This document shows positions 48,180 through 57,419 of a DNA stretch of 64,000 bases, in pieces. The notes below the pieces were generated by a model that saw only the letters and a list, made by a program, of their open reading frames with translations, ran no database searches and was not told where the DNA came from. Source of the stretch: Candidatus Bathyarchaeota archaeon (lineage in GTDB: Archaea; Thermoproteota; Bathyarchaeia; Bathyarchaeales; Bathycorpusculaceae). The stretch spans positions 128,001-192,000 of the forward strand of contig CAWGYA010000006.1 in assembly GCA_963826715.1 (NCBI GenBank). The letters run 5' to 3'. The position numbers were made by a program, and so were the translations under genes. The stretch's first letter is position 1; every line of letters starts with the position of its first letter.

Positions 48180-49901
48180 TTGCCAGAAAAAATTCTAGTA
48201 ACATCCGCTTGGCCTTACATCAACGCCACTCCACATATAGGTAACCTCGTCGGGTCCGTCCTATCCGCCGACGTGACCGCCCGCTATTACCGCATGAAGG
48301 GGGCAGACACTTTAATGGTCAGCGGCTCCGACACTCACGGCACCCCTATGGAGGTAGCCGCCTTAAAAGAGGGTATAAGCCCCAAAGCTCTAACTGAGCG
48401 CAATCATACCCGCGTTGTCGAACTATTCGACCGCTGGGGGGCAGCTTTTGATAACTACACAAGCACAGAGAGCCCTGTGCACAAAGAATTCGTTCAAAAA
48501 ACGCTGCTCGAAATCGAGAAGAACGGCTACATTTTCAACCAGGAAACCCAGATGCTCTACTGCGAACACGATCAGCGCTTCCTCCCCGACCGCTACGTTG
48601 AAGGCAAATGCCCCTACTGCAATTGTGAAAAAGCCCGTGGCGACCAATGCGACAGATGCGGCAAACTTTTAGAACCCACATGCCTCATTGAACCCTATTG
48701 CACGATTTGCAAAAATACTCCAGTGATCAAAACCACAAGGCACTGGTATATTGACCTTTCAAAACTCGAGCAGCCACTTATTGAGTATATAGAAAAAAAC
48801 CCTCAACTCCCATCAAATGTTAAATGTTTCAGCCTAAACTGGATAAAAGAAGGCCTCAAACCTCGTGCAGTTACTCGCGATGTAGAATGGGGCATACCTG
48901 CACCATTTAAGGGGGCAGAAGGCAAAACAATCTATGTCTGGATAGAAGCGGTCTTGGGCTACATATCCGCTACCATAGAACAGTGTCGCAACATGAATCA
49001 ACCAGACAAATGGCGCGAATACTGGCTAAACAAAGATTCTAAAACATTGTACTTTGTGGGCAAAGACAATATCCCATTCCACACAATTATTTTGCCAGCA
49101 TTGCTGTTGGCATCGGGGCAAGGTTATAACCTGCCCTATAATGTTTCTGCCACCGAGTTCCTCCAGTTTCGAGGGCAGAAAGCCTCTAAAAGCCAAAAAG
49201 TTGGCATCTGGATAGATGAAGCCTTAGAAATGTACTCTGTTGACTACTGGCGTTTCTTCCTAATCGCAACTCGCCCCGAGAGCAAAGACACAAACTTTAC
49301 ATGGGAAATGTTCCGCGAGAAAATCAACGCCGACCTAAATGATACATTCGGGAACTTCATCCATCGCACACTAACCTTCATTAACAGCAAGTTTGAGGGG
49401 CAAATTCCAGCACCTACCAAAATGGACGCAGACGACCTAGCAATCCTGGACTGCATCAAAACCAAAGTTGAAGAAATGGCTAAAGAAATCGAAGATGGAT
49501 GGCTCCAATCTGCTGCCAACACATTAATAGCGATCAGCCGAGTGGGCAACCAATATCTCAACACTAAAGAGCCATGGAACTTGATAAAAGCAGACAAGGA
49601 GAAGGCAGGCACCATTTTCTACGTTGCTGCGCAAGTCGTTAAAACCATCACTACAGTTGTCGCACCATTTATGCCACAGATTGCACAACAACTTCGGGAA
49701 ACATTGAATGTTGTAGGACCTATGGGTTATTATCCAAATCAGAATTATCAATGCCAAATATATCACTGGTCAGATGCAGTAATACCGCTTAAGCCAGAAC
49801 ACAAAATCAATAAACCACAACCGCTGTTCAAGAAAATAGATTTGGACGACGACAAACTCGACGAGCAACTCGCTAAGGTTAGAGAGAAATTGGGCAAGTG
49901 A
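48180..49901 (+). CDS. metG: methionine--tRNA ligase
   Basis: TSAWPYINATPHIGN (HIGH), zinc knuckles, YVWIEA, GKDNIPFH, KASKS (KMSKS). Confidence 0.96.
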   Translation: MPEKILVTSAWPYINATPHIGNLVGSVLSADVTARYYRMKGADTLMVSGSDTHGTPMEVAALKEGISPKALTERNHTRVVELFDRWGAAFDNYTSTESPVHKEFVQKTLLEIEKNGYIFNQETQMLYCEHDQRFLPDRYVEGKCPYCNCEKARGDQCDRCGKLLEPTCLIEPYCTICKNTPVIKTTRHWYIDLSKLEQPLIEYIEKNPQLPSNVKCFSLNWIKEGLKPRAVTRDVEWGIPAPFKGAEGKTIYVWIEAVLGYISATIEQCRNMNQPDKWREYWLNKDSKTLYFVGKDNIPFHTIILPALLLASGQGYNLPYNVSATEFLQFRGQKASKSQKVGIWIDEALEMYSVDYWRFFLIATRPESKDTNFTWEMFREKINADLNDTFGNFIHRTLTFINSKFEGQIPAPTKMDADDLAILDCIKTKVEEMAKEIEDGWLQSAANTLIAISRVGNQYLNTKEPWNLIKADKEKAGTIFYVAAQVVKTITTVVAPFMPQIAQQLRETLNVVGPMGYYPNQNYQCQIYHWSDAVIPLKPEHKINKPQPLFKKIDLDDDKLDEQLAKVREKLGK

Positions 49902-49910
49902 GGAAGCGGT

Positions 49911-50561
49911 TTGCTGATTAATGCTGACCTCCACGTGCATACCACCTACTCCAGCGACAGCCTAATCACCCCTAAAGACATAATTTTTTACGCCAAACGC
50001 CGAGGCTTAAACGCAATCGCAGTCACAGACCACAACTACTTAGAGGGCGCCTATAAAATCGCCAAAGAAACCGACTTTTTAATTATCCCCGGCATGGAGG
50101 TCTCCAGCGCCGACGGTCACATCGTCGCCCTAAACGTATCTGAACTAATCCCAAGGGGTTTAAGCGCCGCTGAAACAGTGGACCGCATTCACAAAGCAGG
50201 CGGAGTCGCCATCGCATGCCACCCCTACGTTTACTTCAAAGGCTGTCTGCGCGAAAAAGTCAGCGCTTACTTCGACGCCATAGAAGTCATCAATGCCCGA
50301 GCATTCCCATTTGCGCGCAGCGTGCGGTTGGCGGAGTCCGAAGCACAAAAATATGGATTACCACGAGTAGCGGGAACTGACGCCCATTATGGACCCCAAA
50401 TTGGATACGGCTACACCAAAATCGAAGCAGAAGCCGCCACGGTTGAAGCTGTGGTTAAAGCCATCGCTGAGGGTCGATGCAGCTCTCATGGACAAGCTGT
50501 GCCTGCCCTGCTTAATTTTCAGTTAACTGTCGCCCGGCTGCGTAGATCAATAAAAATTTAG
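49911..50561 (+). CDS. PHP-domain metal-dependent phosphoesterase
   Basis: DLHVHT, TDHN, PGMEVS..GH, CHPY, GTDAH. Confidence 0.9.
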   Translation: MLINADLHVHTTYSSDSLITPKDIIFYAKRRGLNAIAVTDHNYLEGAYKIAKETDFLIIPGMEVSSADGHIVALNVSELIPRGLSAAETVDRIHKAGGVAIACHPYVYFKGCLREKVSAYFDAIEVINARAFPFARSVRLAESEAQKYGLPRVAGTDAHYGPQIGYGYTKIEAEAATVEAVVKAIAEGRCSSHGQAVPALLNFQLTVARLRRSIKI

Positions 50562-50796
50562 GTAAACCGGTATTTGGCTACCCTTCGCACAACCAATATA
50601 TTTTGCAATTCAATTAGCGTTGCTTAACGTGCTTTAAGATGAAGACAAAACTTGTGGTTGGCGCAATCGTAATCATCGCCACGCTCATAGGTGTAATTAG
50701 CTGGTAATCGTGCTCATGGTACTCGGCGTAACAATCCTGGTTTTTAGTAGACACTCAAGAGGAAGCGGACGATCAGGCGGCAAATGGTAAAAAAAG

Positions 50797-51519
50797 CTAT
50801 GGGTTGAGGCGGAAAGAAAGCATATCTAACCCGATTTTTTTGCCATCCCGCAGCGGATTAACCTTCGAGCCGCCCCTTCTTCGCTCTCGCCAACTAACGG
50901 GCACTTCGGTGACAGGGTAGCCGAGTTTTTTGCATCGCACAATCATTTCGGTGTCAAAGAAGTAGCCGTCGGTTTTCGACTGGCTAAGCACAGCTTGGGC
51001 GAGATTGAGGTTCATGGTTTTAAAGCCGCATTGGTGATCATGGACTCCATCAAAGAAAAGCAGCCGGACAAAAACGTTGAAGGTTAAGCTGAAGAGCGTT
51101 CGCGTGGCACAACGCTCTACCGATGATCCTGCTATGTGCCGCGAACCGATCGCCATGCCACCCGTTTGTTTAACGACTGCGTAGAGTTTGGGTAGGCAGG
51201 CGAGGTCGGTCGCTAAGTCCACATCCATGAAGGCAACGATTTTGCCGCTAGATGCATTGACGGCTTTTTTGATGGCTTTCCCCTTGCCCAACCGATTAGG
51301 TGAATGCAGCAGCAACAATGAGGGATTATGTGCGGCCATCTTTGAGACGATTTCATCTGTGCCATCAGTGCTACCATCTTCGGAGACGATGATCTCGTAG
51401 GAAACACAGAATTTTTTTAGCGCCCCCTCCACTTTTTGGATGCACTGCTCAATCTGGGCTGCCTCGTTGTAGGCAGGCAAGAGAATTGAGAACTCCTTTT
51501 GGGGAAGCTTGTTATTCAT
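50797..51519 (-). CDS. GT2 glycosyltransferase (polyprenol-phosphate sugar synthase-like)
   Basis: LPAYNEA, EDGSTDGT, GKGKA, MDVDL, DHQCGFK, FFDTE. Confidence 0.9.
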   Translation of the reverse strand: MNNKLPQKEFSILLPAYNEAAQIEQCIQKVEGALKKFCVSYEIIVSEDGSTDGTDEIVSKMAAHNPSLLLLHSPNRLGKGKAIKKAVNASSGKIVAFMDVDLATDLACLPKLYAVVKQTGGMAIGSRHIAGSSVERCATRTLFSLTFNVFVRLLFFDGVHDHQCGFKTMNLNLAQAVLSQSKTDGYFFDTEMIVRCKKLGYPVTEVPVSWRERRRGGSKVNPLRDGKKIGLDMLSFRLNP

Positions 51520-51667
51520 GTGGAGTGCACCTGCGGGCTTTGAAAACAAAGGTAACTTAACCATAAATCACTTGCGTATATCAACCCAAAAACCGCATAG
51601 GTGCATCTATCGCAAACTCTTTTTAGAACCAGACACCTATTCTCAACCTAAAAAGGGGTCGCAAACC

Positions 51668-53308
51668 ATCGCCCACCCATCGCACAAAAGCCCACAGTCT
51701 AAAAACCGAAGCATACGCTTCGTCGCCAAGCACAATTACCGATTAGGGCTGCTGGTTTTCCTAATTGTTTTCATTGTTACTGCAAGCTACGGTTTAGGCT
51801 ACATGTCGGTACAATGGGATGAAATGCCGCATCTCTTCGGCGGCACCCTGCTTAGCCGTGGGCAAACGTGGGATTACATGACTACCTACGGATACTATCC
51901 ACCCATCTTCGACTTAGTTACAACAGGGTACTTCCATCTGCTCGGAATAAGTGAGGTTTCAGGGCGACTTGTCGCAGTCACGTTTGCAGCGCTCTCAATT
52001 GGACTTCTCTACGAATTCACCAAACGCACCTACAACGAAAAACACGCCCTGTTGGCAAGCATATTACTCGGCACGATGCCGGGGTTCGTTTGGCTATCCC
52101 GCGTTACCTTGCTAGAAACAATGCTCATTTTCTTCTTCACACTGGCCATGTTCGCGTTTTACACTTGGCTAAGCAGAGATAGTAACTACCCCGCATTGAT
52201 TTTTAGCGGCTTAGCGCTAGGCATTGGTATCTTAGCTAAGTACCAAATCATTGTTGGCGCCATAGCTATGCTGTTGAGCATCCTGTTTCTAGCTCGAAAA
52301 CGCCTCAAACTCAACTTAGCCAAATTCATAGTCATTGTGATCATCGCGGTTTTGGTTGTGGCACCATGGTTTTTGATGATTTATCACTACAACGGCACGA
52401 CCAAATTTGAAACCCTCCAGTACGTCATGAGCGAAGGTGGACAGGACCGACCCGCATATAGCAATCGTTTCCAGCCTCTGCCCGTCTACTACCTCGTCGA
52501 GATGACCTGGCCCTTCAACGACATCCCAGTCCACCCCATTGCGCTGCCCATATTCATTTTGGGACTCTGTGGACTTGGTTTATTTGCGTATCGCCGCAGT
52601 AGACAAGACATTTTCTTTTTGACATGGTTTTTGGTGGTTTACGCCTTTTTCACGTTGATTCCTAATAGGCAGTGGCGGTATGTAACCCCACTTTTTCCAA
52701 TTCTTGCCATTGCAGCGACATGTTTTGTGATATTTCTCTATGGCAAAATCAAATACTGGCGACCTCAAATGCCTAATTATAAGGAGGCGCGGATCAAAAA
52801 GTTTACAGCAGCAATCTTCATCGCTATAATCGCCTGCGCCGTTGCCTACAGCAGCTACGAAGCCTACCAGATGACGGAACGCGACCAAATTCACATTCCC
52901 GTGAAAGAAGCCACCAATTATCTTGCAGACAACTTAGGACCCAATGAGTCAGCGGTGCTTGTTTGCTCGTTTAACCTTCTCAGTCAGGATATGTTCCGCT
53001 TCTATTTGCCAGCGAACATAAGTAGCCAGCAGATTTGGCAGTATCCCGCCTTGGCAGTGGATGCGTTCACTCCAGACTTTAATATAGACGAGTTTGTGCA
53101 GCTATGTATGGACCGCCACGTAAAATACATCATCCTCTTCGACTACGGTGTGCACACAAAATTCTTCAACACCACCTTGGACTATACACAGGTGGAAACC
53201 ATGATTTATAACACGGGCAGATTCGGCGACCCCAACGACCAGCCGTTCTGGGGCGACTTCTACGGCAACATGGGATACCGCATCTTTCTAGTACGTTTTC
53301 TGGGATAA
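51668..53308 (+). CDS. GT39/ArnT-like (GT-C) membrane glycosyltransferase
   Basis: WDEMPH, YYPP, SGRLV, LLETML, LAKYQ, WRYVTP; divergent from the GT2 gene; start uncertain (ATC 51668 after AGGGGT). Confidence 0.85.
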   Translation: MAHPSHKSPQSKNRSIRFVAKHNYRLGLLVFLIVFIVTASYGLGYMSVQWDEMPHLFGGTLLSRGQTWDYMTTYGYYPPIFDLVTTGYFHLLGISEVSGRLVAVTFAALSIGLLYEFTKRTYNEKHALLASILLGTMPGFVWLSRVTLLETMLIFFFTLAMFAFYTWLSRDSNYPALIFSGLALGIGILAKYQIIVGAIAMLLSILFLARKRLKLNLAKFIVIVIIAVLVVAPWFLMIYHYNGTTKFETLQYVMSEGGQDRPAYSNRFQPLPVYYLVEMTWPFNDIPVHPIALPIFILGLCGLGLFAYRRSRQDIFFLTWFLVVYAFFTLIPNRQWRYVTPLFPILAIAATCFVIFLYGKIKYWRPQMPNYKEARIKKFTAAIFIAIIACAVAYSSYEAYQMTERDQIHIPVKEATNYLADNLGPNESAVLVCSFNLLSQDMFRFYLPANISSQQIWQYPALAVDAFTPDFNIDEFVQLCMDRHVKYIILFDYGVHTKFFNTTLDYTQVETMIYNTGRFGDPNDQPFWGDFYGNMGYRIFLVRFLG

Positions 53309-53309
53309 A

Positions 53310-53753
53310 TTAGCATTCAAGTAGCACAAAGCCAGTTTCTTTATTCTTCTGCCGCAAAGCTGAGCCGCCCTGTAACTCTAAAATGACGACCTCACCTATT
53401 TGCCACACATCCACACCCATCCGGACACATCCTGTAACTGTGGAGTTATTTCTACCGAAACTCGCATGCATATGCAACTTAGGCACGTTCGATTCATCAG
53501 TAAATATAGTGCCTACTCCGACACCTTCATGAACTCCCTTCATAAGCGTCATCATCGGCTGCGGAGGCAGCTCTTTCCCGTCTCTAGGACCCACTACCAC
53601 TTTACTTTGGTCCTCAGCTCCACCTAAAAAAAAGCACAATGCACTTCTAACTTGTTTTTCCGCTGCGAATTTTTCGATGACTTCGTCGAGCCGTTCGTTT
53701 TGGTGGAGCCTCAGAATAAAAGCCCTCCCAAGGATTGCTTCGGTATAATCCAT
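53310..53753 (-). CDS. PPC/DUF296 domain protein
   Basis: FILRLHQNE, GVGTI, LHMHASFG, GEVVILEL. Confidence 0.85.
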   Translation of the reverse strand: MDYTEAILGRAFILRLHQNERLDEVIEKFAAEKQVRSALCFFLGGAEDQSKVVVGPRDGKELPPQPMMTLMKGVHEGVGVGTIFTDESNVPKLHMHASFGRNNSTVTGCVRMGVDVWQIGEVVILELQGGSALRQKNKETGFVLLEC

Positions 53754-54117
53754 GATAATCGTCTATAGTTAGAAGGATAAGGGAACTATAAAAGAATTCA
53801 AGTGGAAAGCAACTGATAATTAACGTGATGATTGCGTAATGACCGCTACTGGACCTAAACAATAGATTTCTAAAAAGAGAATCCGCTAAGAAAAAAAGAA
53901 GAGACTAATGGCATCTTGTTCTCAGACCCCCAAAAGTCTAAGGGTATTTAGAACTCAGTTTGAGCTGTAACTTAATATGAAAAAATTGATCAAATGAAGA
54001 GCAACAGGGTATATGTTTACCAAATAATCATTGATCAGTATTAAAACGTCAAAGAAAGCTAAAAAGTATTTGCAAACTTAAACCTCGATGGTCAAACACT
54101 AACTAAAATAAACATTC

Positions 54118-54711
54118 TCAGTGTCTAAAACGATCGTTTTTCCACACATCAGCACTATGGCTGTAACCTCGGCGCTCCCAAAATCCAAGTTCCATAGCCC
54201 GCATAAATCGTAGTCGCTCCACCCACAGCGCACTCTTGTAAGCGTACTTGGCGGGTACAATGAGACGAACGGGAAAGCCGTAACCAACTTCGAGAGATTC
54301 ACCATTAAGTTTATGGGCTAAGAGCACATCATCGCCGCTAAGCTCTTCGCGAAAAAGCGAGGTGGTATAGCTGTCAGCGCACTCAAAGCTTACAGCTTGA
54401 GTAATGTAACGAGGCTTGACGAGGGTTTCAATATCTCGGATAAGCACACCCTCCCATCGGCAATCCATAACGCTCCAGCCCTCGACACAATGAAAATCGC
54501 TGACTGACACATTTTGAGGTAGCGCAAGGAATTCTTTCCAGCCAAGTTTCACCGGATTGTCTACCTCACCGTCAACGATCAAAGTGTAGGTTTCCAGTCT
54601 CAATTTTGGGTTGACGCTGGTAATGCCAGGATGATCAATTCCCCAACGTAGGATACGATCAATTGCAGATTGGTCAGGCGGCAACCTACGCTTCGGTTTT
54701 GACAAAATCAT
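54118..54711 (-). CDS. molybdopterin-dependent oxidoreductase (sulfite oxidase family)
   Basis: DFHCVEGWS, WEGV, YGFPVRLIVPAKYAYKSALWV, GFWERRGY. Confidence 0.9.
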   Translation of the reverse strand: MILSKPKRRLPPDQSAIDRILRWGIDHPGITSVNPKLRLETYTLIVDGEVDNPVKLGWKEFLALPQNVSVSDFHCVEGWSVMDCRWEGVLIRDIETLVKPRYITQAVSFECADSYTTSLFREELSGDDVLLAHKLNGESLEVGYGFPVRLIVPAKYAYKSALWVERLRFMRAMELGFWERRGYSHSADVWKNDRFRH

Positions 54712-55053
54712 CCCTAAACTACTGTGTGGACGGAAAAAGAAAAACTTTTTGAAAACTACAACATGTTTTTTGAAAAACTTTTAACCATCAGCTGTTTCTG
54801 GTACCAATTATTCCATTCATTAACTATTTTGTCAAAATGAGTCTATCTCTTCGTTATAGATCCTGTTTGTATGCAAGTTCCATCCGATGTGCATTAAGGA
54901 AGCCTCAGGAAAATATTTGGCAAAAAACAATATTTAGCTAACAACCAGTATATCCTTAGAAAAAATGCGCTTCAATTTTGTTTACAGTCTTATTTCAAGG
55001 CTAAACCTTGAACACTTTACGTTTTAAGATTTTCACATTAACACATAGCAGAC

Positions 55054-56157
55054 TTACTCAGAACTGAAAAAGCTCATCAGCGACTTCTGATTGGGCTCTT
55101 CACGGCTAAAACCCGAAACCTTCACACCCACACGACGGATTTCACTCGGGGATTCCGCCAAAAACTTTTCTATGAGTGCCTTCACGTTGCGGAGTATGGC
55201 TTCTTTGTCTTTGGTAGGTTGCTCAAGAGTGACGCTACGAGTTTTGCTGGATAAATCAACGTTCACCACGTAAATGGTTACTGTTTTGTAGCTATACCCT
55301 TTAGTCGAGACTTCCATGAAAACATGCTCGATTAATTCGACAGCCTTCTGCAAAATAAAATCAAAGTCATGGCTATCATGCTTCAGAGTGCCGATTTTGC
55401 TGATTGACTCCGCCGCGCCCTGTTCCACGACGGGTGCATTGTCGATCGCGTTGGCGGCATTGAAGAAATAAATGCCCGACACCTTGCCAAAGACCTCAAT
55501 GAGCCGCTGACAGTCGTATTTAGCGAGATCCCCGATAGTTTTAATCCCCATCTGCTCCATGCGCACTCTGGTCTTCTTGCCTACCCCCATCAGACAGTCA
55601 ACGGCAAGCGGTCTTAGAAATGGCTTTGCGTCCTCTGGTAAAACGATAGTTAAACCGTCTGGTTTCTGGTTATCGCAGGCGATTTTCGCTACCAGCTTGT
55701 TGGGTCCGATACCAATCGTGAAGGAGATTCCTACTTGCTCCTTAACATCAGCCTTAATTTTCTGGGCGTAGCTGCGTGATTTTTCAAAACTGCCATCTAC
55801 CTGCTCAGTCACATCCAGATAAGCCTCGTCGATACTGACTTGCTCGATAGAGGTGGCGTAGCTACGGAAAATCGCCATGATACGACTACTAATTTGCTCA
55901 TAATACTGATGGTCCACGTGATAGAAAACGGCGTCAGTGCCCTCAAGTTTACGTTTTGCCATAAACAGAGGTAACCCGGATTTGACACCATACTCGCGGG
56001 CGATGTAGTTGCTTGTGGAGACTGCACCACTGTCTTCAGTGCGCCCCGAGTATACCCCCACCACGATTGGTTTGTCCTTTATTTCGGGGTGACGCAGTTC
56101 CTCGCATTGCGCAAAAAAGTAATCAAAATCAGCTAGCATAATCACCCGATTCTGCAT
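55054..56157 (-). CDS. dinB: Y-family DNA polymerase IV (DinB/Dpo4)
   Basis: ADFDYFFAQCE, STSNYIAREYGVKSG, VSIDEAYLD, NKLVAKIA, KPDG, RRVGV. Confidence 0.95.
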   Translation of the reverse strand: MQNRVIMLADFDYFFAQCEELRHPEIKDKPIVVGVYSGRTEDSGAVSTSNYIAREYGVKSGLPLFMAKRKLEGTDAVFYHVDHQYYEQISSRIMAIFRSYATSIEQVSIDEAYLDVTEQVDGSFEKSRSYAQKIKADVKEQVGISFTIGIGPNKLVAKIACDNQKPDGLTIVLPEDAKPFLRPLAVDCLMGVGKKTRVRMEQMGIKTIGDLAKYDCQRLIEVFGKVSGIYFFNAANAIDNAPVVEQGAAESISKIGTLKHDSHDFDFILQKAVELIEHVFMEVSTKGYSYKTVTIYVVNVDLSSKTRSVTLEQPTKDKEAILRNVKALIEKFLAESPSEIRRVGVKVSGFSREEPNQKSLMSFFSSE

Positions 56158-57035
56158 TGCTTACCCTCCTTTTCATTGGGCATAAGCCACGAACCGTCAC
56201 ATGGCGCCGTGTTAAGCTGCTTTAATCCCTCTCTGCAGACACCAAATTTCATGCCATTAGCGTCAACCAAATCCCTTACTTTCTTTAGGAGCTCAAAACG
56301 ATAGTTCTTTGGTAACAGCACGCTGCCACCAACTCGTTCGCCTTGCCCAAAATACAACGGCTTAAGAATCATCGACTGATGAGGGAAGATTTGGACAATG
56401 CGTGCCCAGTTGTCAGGTTTTGCCTTATAAGTTGAAGCAGTTATGTGTTTAACGCCGATGCTTGCAAGTTTTGCAATGAGTTTTTGTGGTTGGTCATTGA
56501 TGTTTGGAATTATTGGGTCTATGCGAACTAATACAGGTACTCCTTTGGTGATTAGATCCCGAGCTGCCCTTATGCGTTGGTTAGGCGATGGTGCGAAGGG
56601 TTCAAGTTTTCGGGCGAGCTCATCTTCGTCTGTGGTTATAGTAAACGCGACAGTTGCGGGTACCCTACTGAGTAAATCGTCATCTCGGCTTACAAGGTTG
56701 CTCTTCGTAATAATTTGAATTTTACAATTACTCTCAACCAAAATCTCCAAACAGCGCCTTGTTAATCCCAGTGATGCTTCAATACGCGGATAAGGGTCCG
56801 AGGAATTGCAAAGCGAAATTGTCTCGCCATTAAGTTTAGCGGCCTCATGCTTTAGTGTGTGGAGAACCTCTTTTTTGGGGTGAATATCCTTGAAGTTTGG
56901 AATATAACTTGACGCATAACAGTATAGACACTGATGGTCGCAGCCCGTGTAAGGATTAAAAGTCAGCTTAGGAAGGCAAGTGCAAAGGCCAGCACGCCAC
57001 GGGTCAAAGGTTGAAATCAGAGGCACCGGATTCAC
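56142..57035 (-). CDS. radical SAM protein, SplB/Rv2578c-like
   Basis: NPYTGCDHQCLYCYA, SDPYP, ITKS, RIDPIIP; overlaps the dinB start. Confidence 0.85.
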   Translation of the reverse strand: MNPVPLISTFDPWRAGLCTCLPKLTFNPYTGCDHQCLYCYASSYIPNFKDIHPKKEVLHTLKHEAAKLNGETISLCNSSDPYPRIEASLGLTRRCLEILVESNCKIQIITKSNLVSRDDDLLSRVPATVAFTITTDEDELARKLEPFAPSPNQRIRAARDLITKGVPVLVRIDPIIPNINDQPQKLIAKLASIGVKHITASTYKAKPDNWARIVQIFPHQSMILKPLYFGQGERVGGSVLLPKNYRFELLKKVRDLVDANGMKFGVCREGLKQLNTAPCDGSWLMPNEKEGKQCRIG

Positions 57036-57087
57036 AGCTGAATATATTCAGATAGAAGGAAAAAAGGATTCGCTTGAGCTTTTTACT

Positions 57088-57166
57088 TTAGTCAAGAAAT
57101 CTTGTGAAGAAAGCTAAAAGTTAGTCAAGAAACCTGGACTAAGCTTAGTCAACAAACCTTGACAAA
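57088..57166. promoter_or_regulatory. three tandem copies of a 22-bp palindrome, consensus TTAGTCAAG-AAAC-CTTGACTAA
   Basis: Copies at 57088-57109, 57121-57142 and 57145-57166. Confidence 0.75.
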
Positions 57167-57210
57167 AATGCTTTTACTGCATAAAATGGAAGCAGATTAA
57201 TGTGAGAAAT

Positions 57211-57381
57211 ATGGCCACAAACCACTATGTGATCAACCATAGACTTATCTTGCGGATACAAAAGAAGGGGCGCATTCTCTGCTTGATTTGCCATAAACCC
57301 ATCCTTGAGGGACAAAGGGTTGCATGCCGAAAAGCTACAGCGGTTAGACATGAAGAATGCTATCAACGGTCATTCGTTTAG
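57211..57381 (+). CDS. 56-aa zinc-finger protein (CxxC...HxxC), below the ORF-track cutoff
   Basis: MATNHYVINHRLILRIQKKGRILCLICHKPILEGQRVACRKATAVRHEECYQRSFV; GTGAG upstream of ATG. Confidence 0.65.
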   Translation: MATNHYVINHRLILRIQKKGRILCLICHKPILEGQRVACRKATAVRHEECYQRSFV

Positions 57382-57419
57382 AGAAAACCACACCTTTTTC
57401 TTTAATCCGACAGAATATG

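Noticed and set aside
57088-57166. Mini CRISPR array
   Set aside because: Only three 22-bp units separated by 11 and 2 nt; no spacer-length unique sequences and no cas genes. Better explained as operators.
57145-57366. 73-aa minus-strand ORF
   Set aside because: It overlaps the more convincing plus-strand zinc-finger ORF and the operators.
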